Part shown: positions 1 to 10,673 of the stretch, piece after piece
How the letters are laid out: every line of letters begins with the position of its first letter
How positions within the stretch are numbered: the first letter of the stretch is position 1
Assembly (NCBI GenBank): GCA_963738315.1
Contig: CAVTVT010000004.1
Coordinates: forward strand, 470,123 to 534,122
Length of the DNA: 64,000 nt
Direction of reading: 5' to 3'
From: Vicinamibacterales bacterium
GTDB taxonomy: Bacteria > Acidobacteriota > Vicinamibacteria > Vicinamibacterales > JAMQPK01
Notes under the pieces: model-generated
The model's database searches: none
The model's input: only the letters and a program-made list of their open reading frames with translations
What the model was told of the DNA's origin: nothing
Position numbers and translations under genes: made by a program

Positions 1-34
1 CGCCGAGCTCGGAATGCAGGACGAGCACCCTCAT
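1..34 (-). CDS. N-terminus of a probable glycosyltransferase (runs off the window)
   Basis: ATG at 34 reads MRVLVLHSELG, a typical GT-B first beta-strand; it follows the GT at 77-1219. Confidence 0.45.
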   Translation of the reverse strand, partial: MRVLVLHSELG

Positions 35-76
35 GACTCGCCCGCTTCGTCCCTGAGCGCCATGACGTCCAGCCGC

Positions 77-1219
77 CTACTCGACCGGCGAGGCCGACGG
101 GTGCAGCGCGCCGGCAGCGGAGCCGTAGCTCTGCAGGATTGCCTGGAACGCCCGGACCACGGCGTCCTCGCTGTGCACCGTCTCGACGTGACGGCGCGCG
201 AGCAGGCCCATTTTCTGGCGCTCCCCGGAGGATTCCAGGAGCGCCTGCATCGCCGGCACCGCGCCGTCGATGCCGCCCGGAACGACGCCGAAGCCCCCGC
301 GCCTCATCGCATCATCGGGATCAATCGTGAGGCTCACCACCGGCGTTCCGGCGGACCACGCCTGAAGGAACGTGTTCGGGAATCCTTCTTCGTCCGATGT
401 CGAAAGGAGCAGGGACGCGGCGCCGATGATTTCCTCCGCCCGCTCCGGCGCCACGTAGCCGAGATGCTGCACGTTGGGAACGCTCCGCAGGGCACGTTCG
501 ATGCGCTCGCCGTAGCCTTCGGGCAATCGGTGGCTGCTCGGCCCGCCGCACACGACGAAGCGCGTCGCGGGCGACCTCCGCGCGATATCGATCAGCAGAT
601 CGGGCCGCTTCGGCGCGCGCAGCATCCCGACCCATGCCACCACTGGCTCCCGCTCCGCATGGGGCCTCATGACCGGCGGGGAACCGGCGATGCTGTAGAC
701 CACTCCCGCCTTCGAGCGCCATCTGGACGGGACGCCCGCCAGCTGCCCCCCATGCTGCACCAGGATTCTGTCGGCCCGCCGCAGGCCCCACGCATAGAGC
801 GGCCACCAGCTGCGGCGGATCGTGAGCGCCTTGCGCGGGTGCACGTCGCTGTCGAACGCGGTCGCGAACACGGTCCGGACCCCAGCGGCCCGGGCGAGCG
901 CCACGCCGGGCCCGAGAAGATGATACGCGCCCCGCCAGTAACACCAGTCGGGACGCTCCTGGAAGAGAAACCGGCGCCACGCCGCCAGCGAGCGGCCGCG
1001 ACCGATCCCCACGAACTCGAGACCATCGAGGTGGCGCCGCTCGTTCAGATCCAGTCCGTCCTGAACGCCGAAGACCACCTGCCATCCCGCGGCCGCGAGC
1101 GCCCGGCCGAGCAGCCACTGCTGGCGTTCGGCGCCGCAGAACAGGCACGGCCGTCCCGCGACGTGCGCGTACACGGCGTCGGCGAGAAACCCGATCTTCA
1201 CCGGCGTTCCCGCCGGCAC
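77..1219 (-). CDS. Glycosyltransferase, GT4 family
   Basis: GAERQQ N-terminal motif and EGFPNTFLQAW (EX7E-like) motif; real start may be the GTG of VKIGFL. Confidence 0.85.
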   Translation of the reverse strand: MPAGTPVKIGFLADAVYAHVAGRPCLFCGAERQQWLLGRALAAAGWQVVFGVQDGLDLNERRHLDGLEFVGIGRGRSLAAWRRFLFQERPDWCYWRGAYHLLGPGVALARAAGVRTVFATAFDSDVHPRKALTIRRSWWPLYAWGLRRADRILVQHGGQLAGVPSRWRSKAGVVYSIAGSPPVMRPHAEREPVVAWVGMLRAPKRPDLLIDIARRSPATRFVVCGGPSSHRLPEGYGERIERALRSVPNVQHLGYVAPERAEEIIGAASLLLSTSDEEGFPNTFLQAWSAGTPVVSLTIDPDDAMRRGGFGVVPGGIDGAVPAMQALLESSGERQKMGLLARRHVETVHSEDAVVRAFQAILQSYGSAAGALHPSASPVE

Positions 1220-1237
1220 GCAGTCTGCCTGTGCACG

Positions 1238-3127
1238 CTACACTCCCACCGCAATCGGATCCGGCGCGGGCCCGCTCGCCGGCGCCTGCGCGCGTGCCAT
1301 GGCCCACGCGATCACGACGATGGGGTTCCAGAGCTCGCGGCCAATCCCGCCCTGCGACACGTTGATCGCGTGCAGCCGGCGGAGATAGCGGTAATCGAAC
1401 AGCTCGAGGTGCGACTCTCCCCAGTCGAGCACGGTTTCCACGGCGGGCCGCCAGCCGCCAGCCAGCCTCACTTCCAGCGGGACGGTGAACCCATGCTTCG
1501 GCCTGTCCCAGACCTCGCGCGGCAGCAGGCGTCGCGCGATGGGCAGCAGCAGCGCCTTCAGCCGGTCTCCCGCGATCTTGGTCTCTGCCGAAAGCGGCAG
1601 GATGCGGTCGAGGATCGTTTCATCCAGATACGGAACGCGCACCTCCAGCGACGCCAGCATGCTGGCGCGATCGGTCTTCACGAGACAGTTTTCACTCAGG
1701 TACGACTCGAGGTCCGCGCGCATGAGCACATCGGTGTCGAAGTCCGTTCCGTACCGGCGGGCAATCCGCTCCCAGGGCTCGAAGAACTTCTCGATCTCGG
1801 CCCCGTCCTGAAACTCGTGGCGCAGCACCTGCCGCAGGTCCTTCCGGAACACCGGAAAATCGCCGTAGCGCGTCCAGGCGAACCGAATCCGATCGTCGGG
1901 CACGAGCGTACGCCAGTACACGCGCCCCATCCCCCTGGGCCGCCACGGCACGGCGTTCAGGACGCGATGGAACGCATCCGAGAACGGCAGCCGATGTCGG
2001 ACCGCGGCGGGAAGCAGGTACTTCGGGTACCCGCCGAAGACCTCGTCGGCGCCGTCGCCGGCCAGCGCGACCTTCACGTGCCGCTTGGTCATGACCGACA
2101 GCGTGTAGGTCGGAATCAGCGTGGGGTCGCAGAACGGCTCGTCGAGCCGGCCGAGGAGCTCGAGGAGGGCGTCCGCGCCGACCTCCTCCGCCCGGAGGAT
2201 CGTGTGCTCCGTCCCGTACTGCCGCGCCACCAGCGACGCGATCGGCGATTCGTCGACGTTGCCCTCGGCGAAGGCGACCGAGAACGTCCGCACGGGCCGG
2301 CTCGAGTAGCGCGACATGAAGGCCACGAGCAGCGACGAGTCGATGCCGCCCGAGAGGAAGGCGCCCACCGGCACGTCGCTGATCATCTGCCGTTCGACCG
2401 CCCGCTCGAGCAGCGTTTCGAGCTCCCGGTCGTCAGGCGGACGGAGACCGGCGCGGGCCGGCGGCGGCCGCCAGTAGCGCTCTACTCGCGGCGCCTCGTC
2501 GCCCGGCCGCCAGGTGAATCGGCTGCCCGGCTCGAATTTCGAGACGCCTTTATAGATGGACCGCGGCGCCGGGATGTAGTCGAACGTCATCAGGTCCCGC
2601 ACCGCGACCGGATCCAGCGCCTCGAACCCGAGACGGGTGAACGGTTCGAGCGTGGAGGCGAGAATCAGCGCCCCCCGCTGCACCGTCCACGCCAGCGGCT
2701 TGATCCCGAGGCGATCCCGCGCGCCGAACGCCACGCGATTCAGCCGGTCCCAGATGACGAAGGCGAACATCCCGTGCAGGTGATCGACCACCGAAGGCCC
2801 CCACCAGCGATAGCCCTCGATGATGACCTCGCTGTCGGAGCGCGTCCTGAACACCGCACCGTGGCTCTCGAGCAGCGGCCGGAGCTCGCCGAAGTTGTAG
2901 ATCTCGCCGTTGAACACCAGCACGTAGCGGCCGTCGGCGCTGTGCATCGGCTGGTCGCCGGTCGACAGATCGATGATCGAGAGCCGGCGGTGGCCGAGAT
3001 AGATTCCGTTCTCGGCCCACTCCCCCGACGCATCGGGACCGCGATGCGCCAGGCACCCGAGCGCCCGGCTCGCGTCGGACGCATCGATCACCGCAGATGA
3101 CTGCAAGACCGCAAGAAAGCCGCACAT
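1238..3127 (-). CDS. asnB: Asparagine synthase (glutamine-hydrolysing)-type amidotransferase
   Basis: MCG N-terminus (Ntn Cys), HRGPD, GHRRLSIID, FNGEIYN, LSGGIDSS, GDGADEVFGGY. Confidence 0.92.
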   Translation of the reverse strand: MCGFLAVLQSSAVIDASDASRALGCLAHRGPDASGEWAENGIYLGHRRLSIIDLSTGDQPMHSADGRYVLVFNGEIYNFGELRPLLESHGAVFRTRSDSEVIIEGYRWWGPSVVDHLHGMFAFVIWDRLNRVAFGARDRLGIKPLAWTVQRGALILASTLEPFTRLGFEALDPVAVRDLMTFDYIPAPRSIYKGVSKFEPGSRFTWRPGDEAPRVERYWRPPPARAGLRPPDDRELETLLERAVERQMISDVPVGAFLSGGIDSSLLVAFMSRYSSRPVRTFSVAFAEGNVDESPIASLVARQYGTEHTILRAEEVGADALLELLGRLDEPFCDPTLIPTYTLSVMTKRHVKVALAGDGADEVFGGYPKYLLPAAVRHRLPFSDAFHRVLNAVPWRPRGMGRVYWRTLVPDDRIRFAWTRYGDFPVFRKDLRQVLRHEFQDGAEIEKFFEPWERIARRYGTDFDTDVLMRADLESYLSENCLVKTDRASMLASLEVRVPYLDETILDRILPLSAETKIAGDRLKALLLPIARRLLPREVWDRPKHGFTVPLEVRLAGGWRPAVETVLDWGESHLELFDYRYLRRLHAINVSQGGIGRELWNPIVVIAWAMARAQAPASGPAPDPIAVGV

Positions 3128-3129
3128 GC

Positions 3130-3999
3130 TTATTTCGGCGGAATCGGCTCCGCCTCCTCGATGATGTCGCCGACCGAGCGCCAGATCAGGTTTCGGCCCG
3201 ACCCGGCCAGATCGGCGAGCCGCTGCAGCTGTCCACCCACCGGGGGCTGGCCCCGATGCACGCTCGGCACGTCCAGTTCCCAGTAGTGCGTGGCCGCGCA
3301 GAACACGCCGCCCACGCTGCGTGCCGATTCCAGCACCGCGGCGTTCTCCTCGAACGTGGAGAGCGGCGTCACCGGGTTTCCCGCGATCTCGCGGTGATCG
3401 CCCAGATCCAGCACCCACGGAATGCCCGGCCCTCCCTGCCTGCGCCACCGCCGCAGGCGGAGCCACGTGGCCCACGTGGATCTGGACAGCCTCGGCCAGC
3501 CTGCGCGCACGCCGGCGGTTCCGCCCAGATGGAGCCGGTGATCGGCGAGCGCCCGCAGCCCCGACGCCCCGATCGTGTTGTGCGGCGGTACGAACACCCG
3601 AATCCTCGTGTTGAGCAAGTCTTCCAAGTACGCACGCCCGGCGGCGATGCGGCCGTGAAGATCGCGGCCGCGCTCGAATTCCGGCCGGCCGTGCGGCTCG
3701 TCGTGGGAGTGGCCGTGGAGCATGACCTCGAAGCGTCCCTCGGAGACGCGCATCCGGAGGTAGTCGACCAGCTCCCGGTTTTCGTGGAGCGGATGGACGG
3801 TCCACCGCCCGCGGAACTTCTCGGGCACTCCGCGGCTGGCGCCCGCGCGGCAGAACGGAATCACGGCCAGCGACACCGGCCCGCGGCGCGTCATCTCGCC
3901 GTACGCCTGCTCGAGCTCCGCCGGTGACGTAAAGAAGCTGGTGTCGTCGTCGCGGATGCAGAACCGCAGGGACGCATCGGCCGCCGCAGCCCTGCTCAT
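3130..3999 (-). CDS. Polysaccharide deacetylase-like protein (DUF2334/CE4-like)
   Basis: IRDDD, LHGHSH and FVPPHN motifs; ATG at 3999 overlaps the upstream stop. Confidence 0.75.
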   Translation of the reverse strand: MSRAAAADASLRFCIRDDDTSFFTSPAELEQAYGEMTRRGPVSLAVIPFCRAGASRGVPEKFRGRWTVHPLHENRELVDYLRMRVSEGRFEVMLHGHSHDEPHGRPEFERGRDLHGRIAAGRAYLEDLLNTRIRVFVPPHNTIGASGLRALADHRLHLGGTAGVRAGWPRLSRSTWATWLRLRRWRRQGGPGIPWVLDLGDHREIAGNPVTPLSTFEENAAVLESARSVGGVFCAATHYWELDVPSVHRGQPPVGGQLQRLADLAGSGRNLIWRSVGDIIEEAEPIPPK

Positions 4000-5430
4000 G
4001 GCGTCCGGCCCGCCGGGCGCGCCCGGCCGGCAATCTCGCGCCGGAGGCTGGCCGGCACCTGAGTCCGTCCCGGCACGAAGCGATCCACGGGGGCGCATCC
4101 CTTCAGCGCGGCGACGAGCGCGCGCCCCTGGTGCGCCGCGGAGTACCTCTGGCAGGCGTCTCTGTCGGGCGCGAGGCACGGCAACCGCCGCATCCGCCAT
4201 GCGTCGACCATCGTCGTGAGGACCTGACGAATCTCGCCCGGCGAACCTGCGTCGGCCAGCGTGGTCACCCGCAGCTGCTGCAGCGTCCTCCTGGTCTCGT
4301 CGTGCGGCAGCACGCCCAGGATGGGCTTGCCGCTCTTGAGGTAATCGAACAGCTTGGCCCCCACCAGCAGCTCGTGCCCTTTCATCGAGCTGGGCCGGCC
4401 GAGGATCAAGAGGGCGTCGGCCGTCCGCCGCACACCGGCCACATCGGATCGCGATCCTGCGCCCCGGGTTTCGATCAGCTCCGTCAGGCCGCGCGAGGAG
4501 ACCTCTCGGGCGAGGGCCGCCGCGCTCTCGCCCATCACGAGCAGCCGGAGCTGCGCGGCCCGGCCGGGATCTGAGACCTTGAGCTCCGCGAGCGCCTCGA
4601 CGAGCGTGTCGTACCGGTACGACGACAAGGTCCCCGTGTAGACGATCGTGCATTTGTCGTTCTGCGCCGGCTCGCTCGCGTCAATCGCCCCTTCGAACCC
4701 GTTGGGGATGAGATGGACCCTCGAGGGATCCAGCGCGCCCGGATAGGCCTCCCAGTAGCACTGCGCCACCGTTTCGTACAGGAATACGACCGACTGCGCC
4801 TGCGTCAGATATCCATGCATCGCGCGGCGATCGGCGGCGACCGCCCACCCTGGACGCCTGTCTTCGAAATCGTTGGCCGTGATCGTCCACGGATCGCGGA
4901 AGTCGAGCACGTATGGCAGCCCCGTCTTCCGGGAGATCCGCTCGACGACGGCGAACGACGAGACGGGACCGGCGGTGGCCCAGAGGGCGTCCGGCCGCCC
5001 GGCGGCGCAGGCGTTCAATCCGGCGGCCACGGCCGGGCGAATCCAGGGCATGGCCATGTCCGGGTGGTAGCACCAGGCCTCGGCCGACCGGACGAGCTCC
5101 CGGAGCGAGGCGCGCACCGACCTGTCGTGACCGTCGTCGAGCGGCGCCGGCTCGCCTGCCGGGGCGGCGCCGGCCTCCCCGGCTCCCTGCGCGCGCCTGG
5201 CCTGGATGAGCTGCCATGGATCGCGGCCGCGCACACGACGCACCGCGGTGCCGGCGGGCACGAGGCTCGCCATGTCCGGATCGTAGCGCTCGTACCGAAT
5301 AGGGATCCGACGCGATCACGGTCGTGCGCCAGCCGCGCTGCGCGAGCTCCCGCACGAAACGGAGCGGCCGATACGCTCCCGCGTTGCCTTCGGGCGGAAA
5401 GCAGTACGCAATCATGAGCAGCGAGCTCAT
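3996..5430 (-). CDS. Glycosyltransferase, GT4-like (frameshift near 5295)
   Basis: MSSLLMIAYCFPPEGNAGAYRP start joins the frame carrying LDFRDPW, IPNGF and AKLFDYL. Confidence 0.82.
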
Positions 5431-6587
5431 GAGGCGCAGATCTGCCGGTAGCGCGCGGCAAGCTGCTCGGGCCGCCTCGCCGTCTCCGCCGCGGACAGGT
5501 TGCTCACCTGCGTGCGATAGCGGACCTGATCGCCCGCCTCGACGATGTGGCCGACGATCCGCTGCAGCTCCGCTTCGTCCGCGAACAGGTAGCCGATGTC
5601 TCCGTACTCGCGGAACATGTTTTCGAACACCGGGATGCGGCGCGCCACGAGCGGCTTCTTCCACGCGATGGCGTCGAGCAGCGTGCCGGTCGCGCTCATG
5701 TCGTAGTACCCCGGTTCGTACGGGAGCACCGTGAAGTGAAGCGCCTTCACGCCGCGGACGAACTCCGCGCGGCTCAAGCGCTCCGACACGGGTCTCGTCG
5801 CCAGCGCGGCCGTCGTCGGTGAGGGACCGCGCTCCGAGCTCCAGCGCCCCACGACGTGAAACTCCGCGTCGCGCCCCAATTTCCCGGTCATCTGCTCCGC
5901 CAGGCGGCAGAAGAGCGGAAACCCCTTGGCCTCGCTCGCCAGCCCGAGAAAGCCGAAGCGGACCGGACGAGTGAATTCGGTGCCGTCCGCCTCGCCCTCG
6001 TTGGGAGGCAGGGGATGCTCGAGCAGATCCACTCTCCCCTCGAGCGCCGGAACGCCGGCCAGCAGGAACTCCCGCATCGACTCTTCCAGCACCAGGTATC
6101 GGATGCGGCTGCGGCGGCGCAGCGTCAGGGCGGTCCGCATTTCTTCGAATCGGCGAAGAGGATGACGGTGGCGCCGCCCGGCGACGCCGCTCAGGCCGCC
6201 GTGCACCACCGCCTGCAGCGTCAGGTGTCGCAGGCGCGTGCGCTCCAGCAGCTGGGCGGCGACGAGCGTCGATGGATAGGACGATGTCAAGAGCAGCCGT
6301 CCGCGAGGCTCGCGTCCGATGACGCGCCCGAGCGACGAGAGGATCCTCATCTCCCGCGAGAAGCGGCGCCAGTACGTGAGACCGGGGCCTGGTGCGGCGA
6401 TCGGGATCCACGCCAGCGAGCCGGCGAGATCCTCGCCCAGCTGGCGCCTGACCTCCGCGATGTGCGAGGGAGTCCCGAGGAACAGGAGCTCCTCGCCAGG
6501 GTAGGCCGCACGGATCGTCGCCAGCATCCCGGCATTGAACGGGACGTGCGCGCCCCCCGACATTGCGAGCTCGCAGGCGGCGATCAT
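5427..6587 (-). CDS. Glycosyltransferase, GT-B fold
   Basis: FGFLG..EAKGF, VLPY, SATGTLLDAI; embedded in the GT array. Confidence 0.75.
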   Translation of the reverse strand: MIAACELAMSGGAHVPFNAGMLATIRAAYPGEELLFLGTPSHIAEVRRQLGEDLAGSLAWIPIAAPGPGLTYWRRFSREMRILSSLGRVIGREPRGRLLLTSSYPSTLVAAQLLERTRLRHLTLQAVVHGGLSGVAGRRHRHPLRRFEEMRTALTLRRRSRIRYLVLEESMREFLLAGVPALEGRVDLLEHPLPPNEGEADGTEFTRPVRFGFLGLASEAKGFPLFCRLAEQMTGKLGRDAEFHVVGRWSSERGPSPTTAALATRPVSERLSRAEFVRGVKALHFTVLPYEPGYYDMSATGTLLDAIAWKKPLVARRIPVFENMFREYGDIGYLFADEAELQRIVGHIVEAGDQVRYRTQVSNLSAAETARRPEQLAARYRQICAS

Positions 6588-6615
6588 GGCCCGACGCCGG
6601 ATCGTGCAGGGCGTC

Positions 6616-8445
6616 TCACAGGCGGTTCCAGTCGAGCTCCAGATGCGCCTGTTTCACCCGCATCTCGAGCACATGGAGACGCCGCAAGGTCAAGAGCGCA
6701 CTCTCGACGACAGGCGCCACCCGCTCGCTCATGCGCGAGGGCAGCGTGGAAAGCCCGAGCACGGCGAGAGGAATGCACCGCTCCCGGGCCACCAACCCGA
6801 GCGACTGGTCGTGGGTGAGGATCGGGAGCAGCTGCCGGGCCCACCGTGCCGTGCACCTGGCGACGCGCGGCCGCTGGCTCCGCCACTGCCGGATCTGCGC
6901 CGCGAGCCCGCGCGGCGTCTGCCGCAGCCGGGCCCGGCGCAGCTCGTCGCTGTGGGGAATGTTCTCGAGCGCCGGGTAGTACCGGCTGAAGATCGTGTGA
7001 TAGACGGCGTCGTGGAACACCCGGTACGGATGCTCCATCTTGTAGCGGATCAGGCGCCAGCTGTAGAACGGCAGGACGGCCTCGGCCAGGCCGAGATGCT
7101 GGAGATAGTTGTTGGACGCAAGATACCGCTGCCGGTTGTACATGTTCGTCCAGTCCATGATCTTCCCGGCCGGCGACCCGCGCCGGGCCAGCACCTCGAG
7201 CGGTTCGCGGGATCGCTCGCGGATTCTGCGCGAGATTGCGGGCTGAAACAGATCCAGATCGCACAGGAGGAAGTTCCTCTGGATCACCGTGACGGGATCG
7301 TCGTCCCACTCCGACTCGTGCCTGCCATCGAAGACGTCGTCGAAGCCGCGGACGATGATCCCGCCGAGAAATCCGTTGACCATCGGCATGCCCGGATACC
7401 GCTCGGCCACTTTGTAGGTGACGAACTTCGAGATCGGCAGGCCATCCGCCATGAAGTGGTGGACGTCCTGATAGAGATCCCACACGGATGTGGCCACCGG
7501 GAAGTCCTCGATGGGCACGCCGAGCAGGCCCGCGACCCGATGAGAGACCTCGGCCTCTTCGGCCGTGAAGTTGACGTTCACGATCCGTTCGAGCGGCGCC
7601 TTGAGCTCGAGGGAGAGGGCGAGCAGGTAACGACTGTCGAAGCCGCCGGACAGCGGCAGGCTGAGCGGCGGCTGTTCCTTCAGCAGCGCGCGCGCGGCCG
7701 ACCAGACGATCTCGTGCAGCTCTTCGGCCGCCTGCCCGGTGGCGGGCGCGCGATCGGTCGGTTCGACCGATGTGTAGGACACCTCGACCGTGCGGCCGTC
7801 CTCGATCACCAGGGCCCCGCCGGGCGGCAGCCGCTTGAGATCGGCGAAGAGCGACCCGCCGGTGCACGCATAGCCGTAGGCAATCCAGCTGCCGAGCGCC
7901 GCGTAGTCGAGCTCGCCCGTCGTGAGGCCGGCCTCCTGCATCGGCCAGACGCTGCTGCCGAACACCAGCCTGCCGTCGCGGCGCCCGATGAACAGCGGCC
8001 GGATCCCCAGTGCGTCCGACACGAACGTCAGCCGGTGCTGCCGCGGTTCGTCCACGATCACGACGAAGGTGCCGAGGAGATCGCGGAAGCGGTCGAACTG
8101 CCCGCGGGCGACGACGTCGGCGCACCACGCCGCCACGTCCGCACGGGCCAGCTCGGGGTGCGCGGGCACGCCCCACACGACGGTGCGCGTGCCGCGCTCT
8201 GCAGAGACGAACGTCTGGAGATGGGTGCCCGGAGTGGCGAGGATCTCCAGCTGCCACGCCCGCGCATTCGGCCCGCTCCCGATCGGCTCGGCCCCCTCGA
8301 CACGAATCGCGGGCGGCGACGCGAGATCCGGAGCCAGCCGCTCGTACCCGAAGATCCGGTTGGCGATCGCGGGATCCCGCGTCGCGGCCGCGCGCACGGT
8401 GCGTGCTGACGAATCGGCCGTGCGGGCGGTTGTCGCCTGAGTCAT
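6616..8445 (-). CDS. Asparagine-synthetase-like ATP-dependent ligase lacking the N-terminal Cys
   Basis: SDALGIRPLF and PLSGGFDSR (PPi-loop); no MCG start. Confidence 0.75.
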   Translation of the reverse strand: MTQATTARTADSSARTVRAAATRDPAIANRIFGYERLAPDLASPPAIRVEGAEPIGSGPNARAWQLEILATPGTHLQTFVSAERGTRTVVWGVPAHPELARADVAAWCADVVARGQFDRFRDLLGTFVVIVDEPRQHRLTFVSDALGIRPLFIGRRDGRLVFGSSVWPMQEAGLTTGELDYAALGSWIAYGYACTGGSLFADLKRLPPGGALVIEDGRTVEVSYTSVEPTDRAPATGQAAEELHEIVWSAARALLKEQPPLSLPLSGGFDSRYLLALSLELKAPLERIVNVNFTAEEAEVSHRVAGLLGVPIEDFPVATSVWDLYQDVHHFMADGLPISKFVTYKVAERYPGMPMVNGFLGGIIVRGFDDVFDGRHESEWDDDPVTVIQRNFLLCDLDLFQPAISRRIRERSREPLEVLARRGSPAGKIMDWTNMYNRQRYLASNNYLQHLGLAEAVLPFYSWRLIRYKMEHPYRVFHDAVYHTIFSRYYPALENIPHSDELRRARLRQTPRGLAAQIRQWRSQRPRVARCTARWARQLLPILTHDQSLGLVARERCIPLAVLGLSTLPSRMSERVAPVVESALLTLRRLHVLEMRVKQAHLELDWNRL

Positions 8446-9713
8446 GATTTTGCCGCCTCCGTGAGCGGGTCGACGCGATCGGGTTTCCGGTGAGCGCCGG
8501 TGAGGCGATCTTGGATACGCCGGATCACCCGCTCCCGCAGGTAGCGCTCCTCGACCACCGCAAGGGCCCCCTCACCCAGCCGCCGGCACGCAGCCGGATC
8601 GCCGAGCAGTTCGATGCACGCCCGGGCGAACGCCGACGGATCGTCTCTCAGCAGCAGCTCACGCCCGTCGCGCAGATCGAGCCCTTCGGCCCCCACCCGC
8701 GTGGCCACGATCGGCCGTCCGTACGAGGCCGCCTCGATGATCTTGACCCTCGTGCCGCCGCCCTCGAGGATCGGCGCGCACACGACGCGCGCGCGAGCGT
8801 ACAGCGACTCGAGATCGTCCACGAAGCCGGTGAACTCCACGCCGGGTCCGGCATGCTCCCGGCCCGGGATCGACTCGGGCGACGAGCCCGCCACGATCAG
8901 CCGGGCCTCCGGGATCGTGGCCCGGATCCGCGGCCAGATTCGCTGAATCAGCAGCGCGGCGGCGTCGGCATTCGGCTTGTACCAGTACGCCCCCAGGAAG
9001 AGCAGGGCCGGCTCCGCCGCGGGCGGCAGCCGCTTCACCGCCCTGACGGCATTCGGCGCCACGGTGACGCCCCGGCGCAGCCACCAGGCCGCCAGATGCT
9101 GTCTATCGGCCTCGGAACAGACGAAGGTGGTCTGCGCCAGCCGCACCGCCCGGCGCTCTCCGTACAACAGGGCGGGCAGACGCGACAACCTGACGCATCG
9201 ATCGCGCAGCGTGCGCTCGGACCGGAGCCCGCGAATCAGCAGGACGTCCGGTATGTCGCCGATATCGAACATCACCGGCGGCAGGCGCTGGCGGGTCGCG
9301 AGCAGCGGACACATGGCCTCGAAGCCGTTGGCGAAGATTGCGTCCGGCCGGCGGGCCAGACAGGCTTCGAACGCCGCCAGTTGCGCCGTGCCGCTGGTCC
9401 CGAGATAGTCCTGCTGCCTGAACACGCTGAGCGCCGGCTCCAGGTACTGGTGCCGCACGGACGCGTCGTCGGCCGGCTGATCGCGCCGGCAGCAGTGGAG
9501 GCGCAGAGGAACGTTCCAGTGCGCGGCCAGCATGTCTTCCATCCCTGCCACGGCGGCGGGCGAAATGTCGGTCCGATCGTCCGCGTAGAGCAGCATGTCG
9601 AGCTCGGCGATGCGGCCGACCGCCTCCACGAACATCGCGAGGCGCTGAAAGCCGCCGTGAACATGCGTCCGCGTGTTCCGGGGGAAGGCGCAGGTGACGA
9701 CCAGCACCCGCAT
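8442..9713 (-). CDS. Glycosyltransferase, GT4 family
   Basis: MRVLVVT start, YKPNADA, GGGTRVKIIEAASYGRPIVAT. Confidence 0.87.
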   Translation of the reverse strand: MRVLVVTCAFPRNTRTHVHGGFQRLAMFVEAVGRIAELDMLLYADDRTDISPAAVAGMEDMLAAHWNVPLRLHCCRRDQPADDASVRHQYLEPALSVFRQQDYLGTSGTAQLAAFEACLARRPDAIFANGFEAMCPLLATRQRLPPVMFDIGDIPDVLLIRGLRSERTLRDRCVRLSRLPALLYGERRAVRLAQTTFVCSEADRQHLAAWWLRRGVTVAPNAVRAVKRLPPAAEPALLFLGAYWYKPNADAAALLIQRIWPRIRATIPEARLIVAGSSPESIPGREHAGPGVEFTGFVDDLESLYARARVVCAPILEGGGTRVKIIEAASYGRPIVATRVGAEGLDLRDGRELLLRDDPSAFARACIELLGDPAACRRLGEGALAVVEERYLRERVIRRIQDRLTGAHRKPDRVDPLTEAAKS

Positions 9714-9715
9714 GG

Positions 9716-10634
9716 CTAGCCGCCGGCCGCATCCACCAGGTGCGGCTCCCAGAACGCGCGATCGAATCTCGTCCAGGCGTGGCAGCCGAACGGCATCCTG
9801 TTCTTGTTGAGCGCGAAGCAGGTGCGCGGCGCCGCCTCGAACGCGAACTGCAGCGCCTCCTCGACGGTCGCCACCTTGAAGCTCGGCAGGTACCGCACCG
9901 CCTCGAAGGCCCAGAAGAAGTCGTTCGGCCGGCCGTGGGCGCCCGGCGCCTGGCTCACGCGCCAGTCCTCGAGCAGGCGGTTGGCGATCCTGGACGACGG
10001 GAACCGCCGCCGCACCCGGTCCAGCGCCCTGAAGACCACAGAGAGCCGCTCGCCGTTCCTCGTCAGAAGGTCCGACCAGTAGCTGGCCGGCTCGGCGCGA
10101 TAGCGGTTGTAGATCACCTGCAGCACGCTCTCGATGCGCATGAGCGTGAAGCCGCCGTTCCCCACCGCCGCCGTTTTCACCCACGGGGTGTCCGCGCACG
10201 GGATCCAGGGCGCGCCGATGAAGTCCCATCCCGCCTCGCACCATCTCGCGAGCTGGTCCGAGAACACGAGCGCGTCCACGTGATAGATGAAGATGTACTG
10301 GTACTCCTCGAACGTGCGGTAGAACTGCGGCCACATGAGCAGCCGGCCGCTGGCGGCCGGCGATCCGAAGAACTTTCGCGGAAGATGCACCGTGGCGAAG
10401 CCGTCGCGCCTGATCGCCGTTCCCTCGGCGGCGAGCAGGTACTTTGTCGTACCCGCCGAGGAAGTGGCAGAGCTGGCGCAGCGAGAGCTCTTCTTCCGGG
10501 CCGAGGACCGGCGGCAGCGAGAGCGGCACGACGATGGCCACTTTGCGGGTTGCCGGCCGCTTCCGCCGGTACGGCGGCGTCACGGCCCTGGTGGCCGCGC
10601 CGGCGGTGCGCTTCACGATCTCTTCGAAGCTCAT
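9716..10634 (-). CDS. DUF5672-like GT-A-fold protein (frameshift near 10440)
   Basis: AIVVP..EELSL N-part joins YIFIYHVDALVF, DFIGAPW, VGNGGFTL, PFGCHAW. Confidence 0.72.
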
Positions 10635-10673
10635 CAGGCGTCTGGAAGGACGGCGGGCCCGCCGGCCGGGCGA

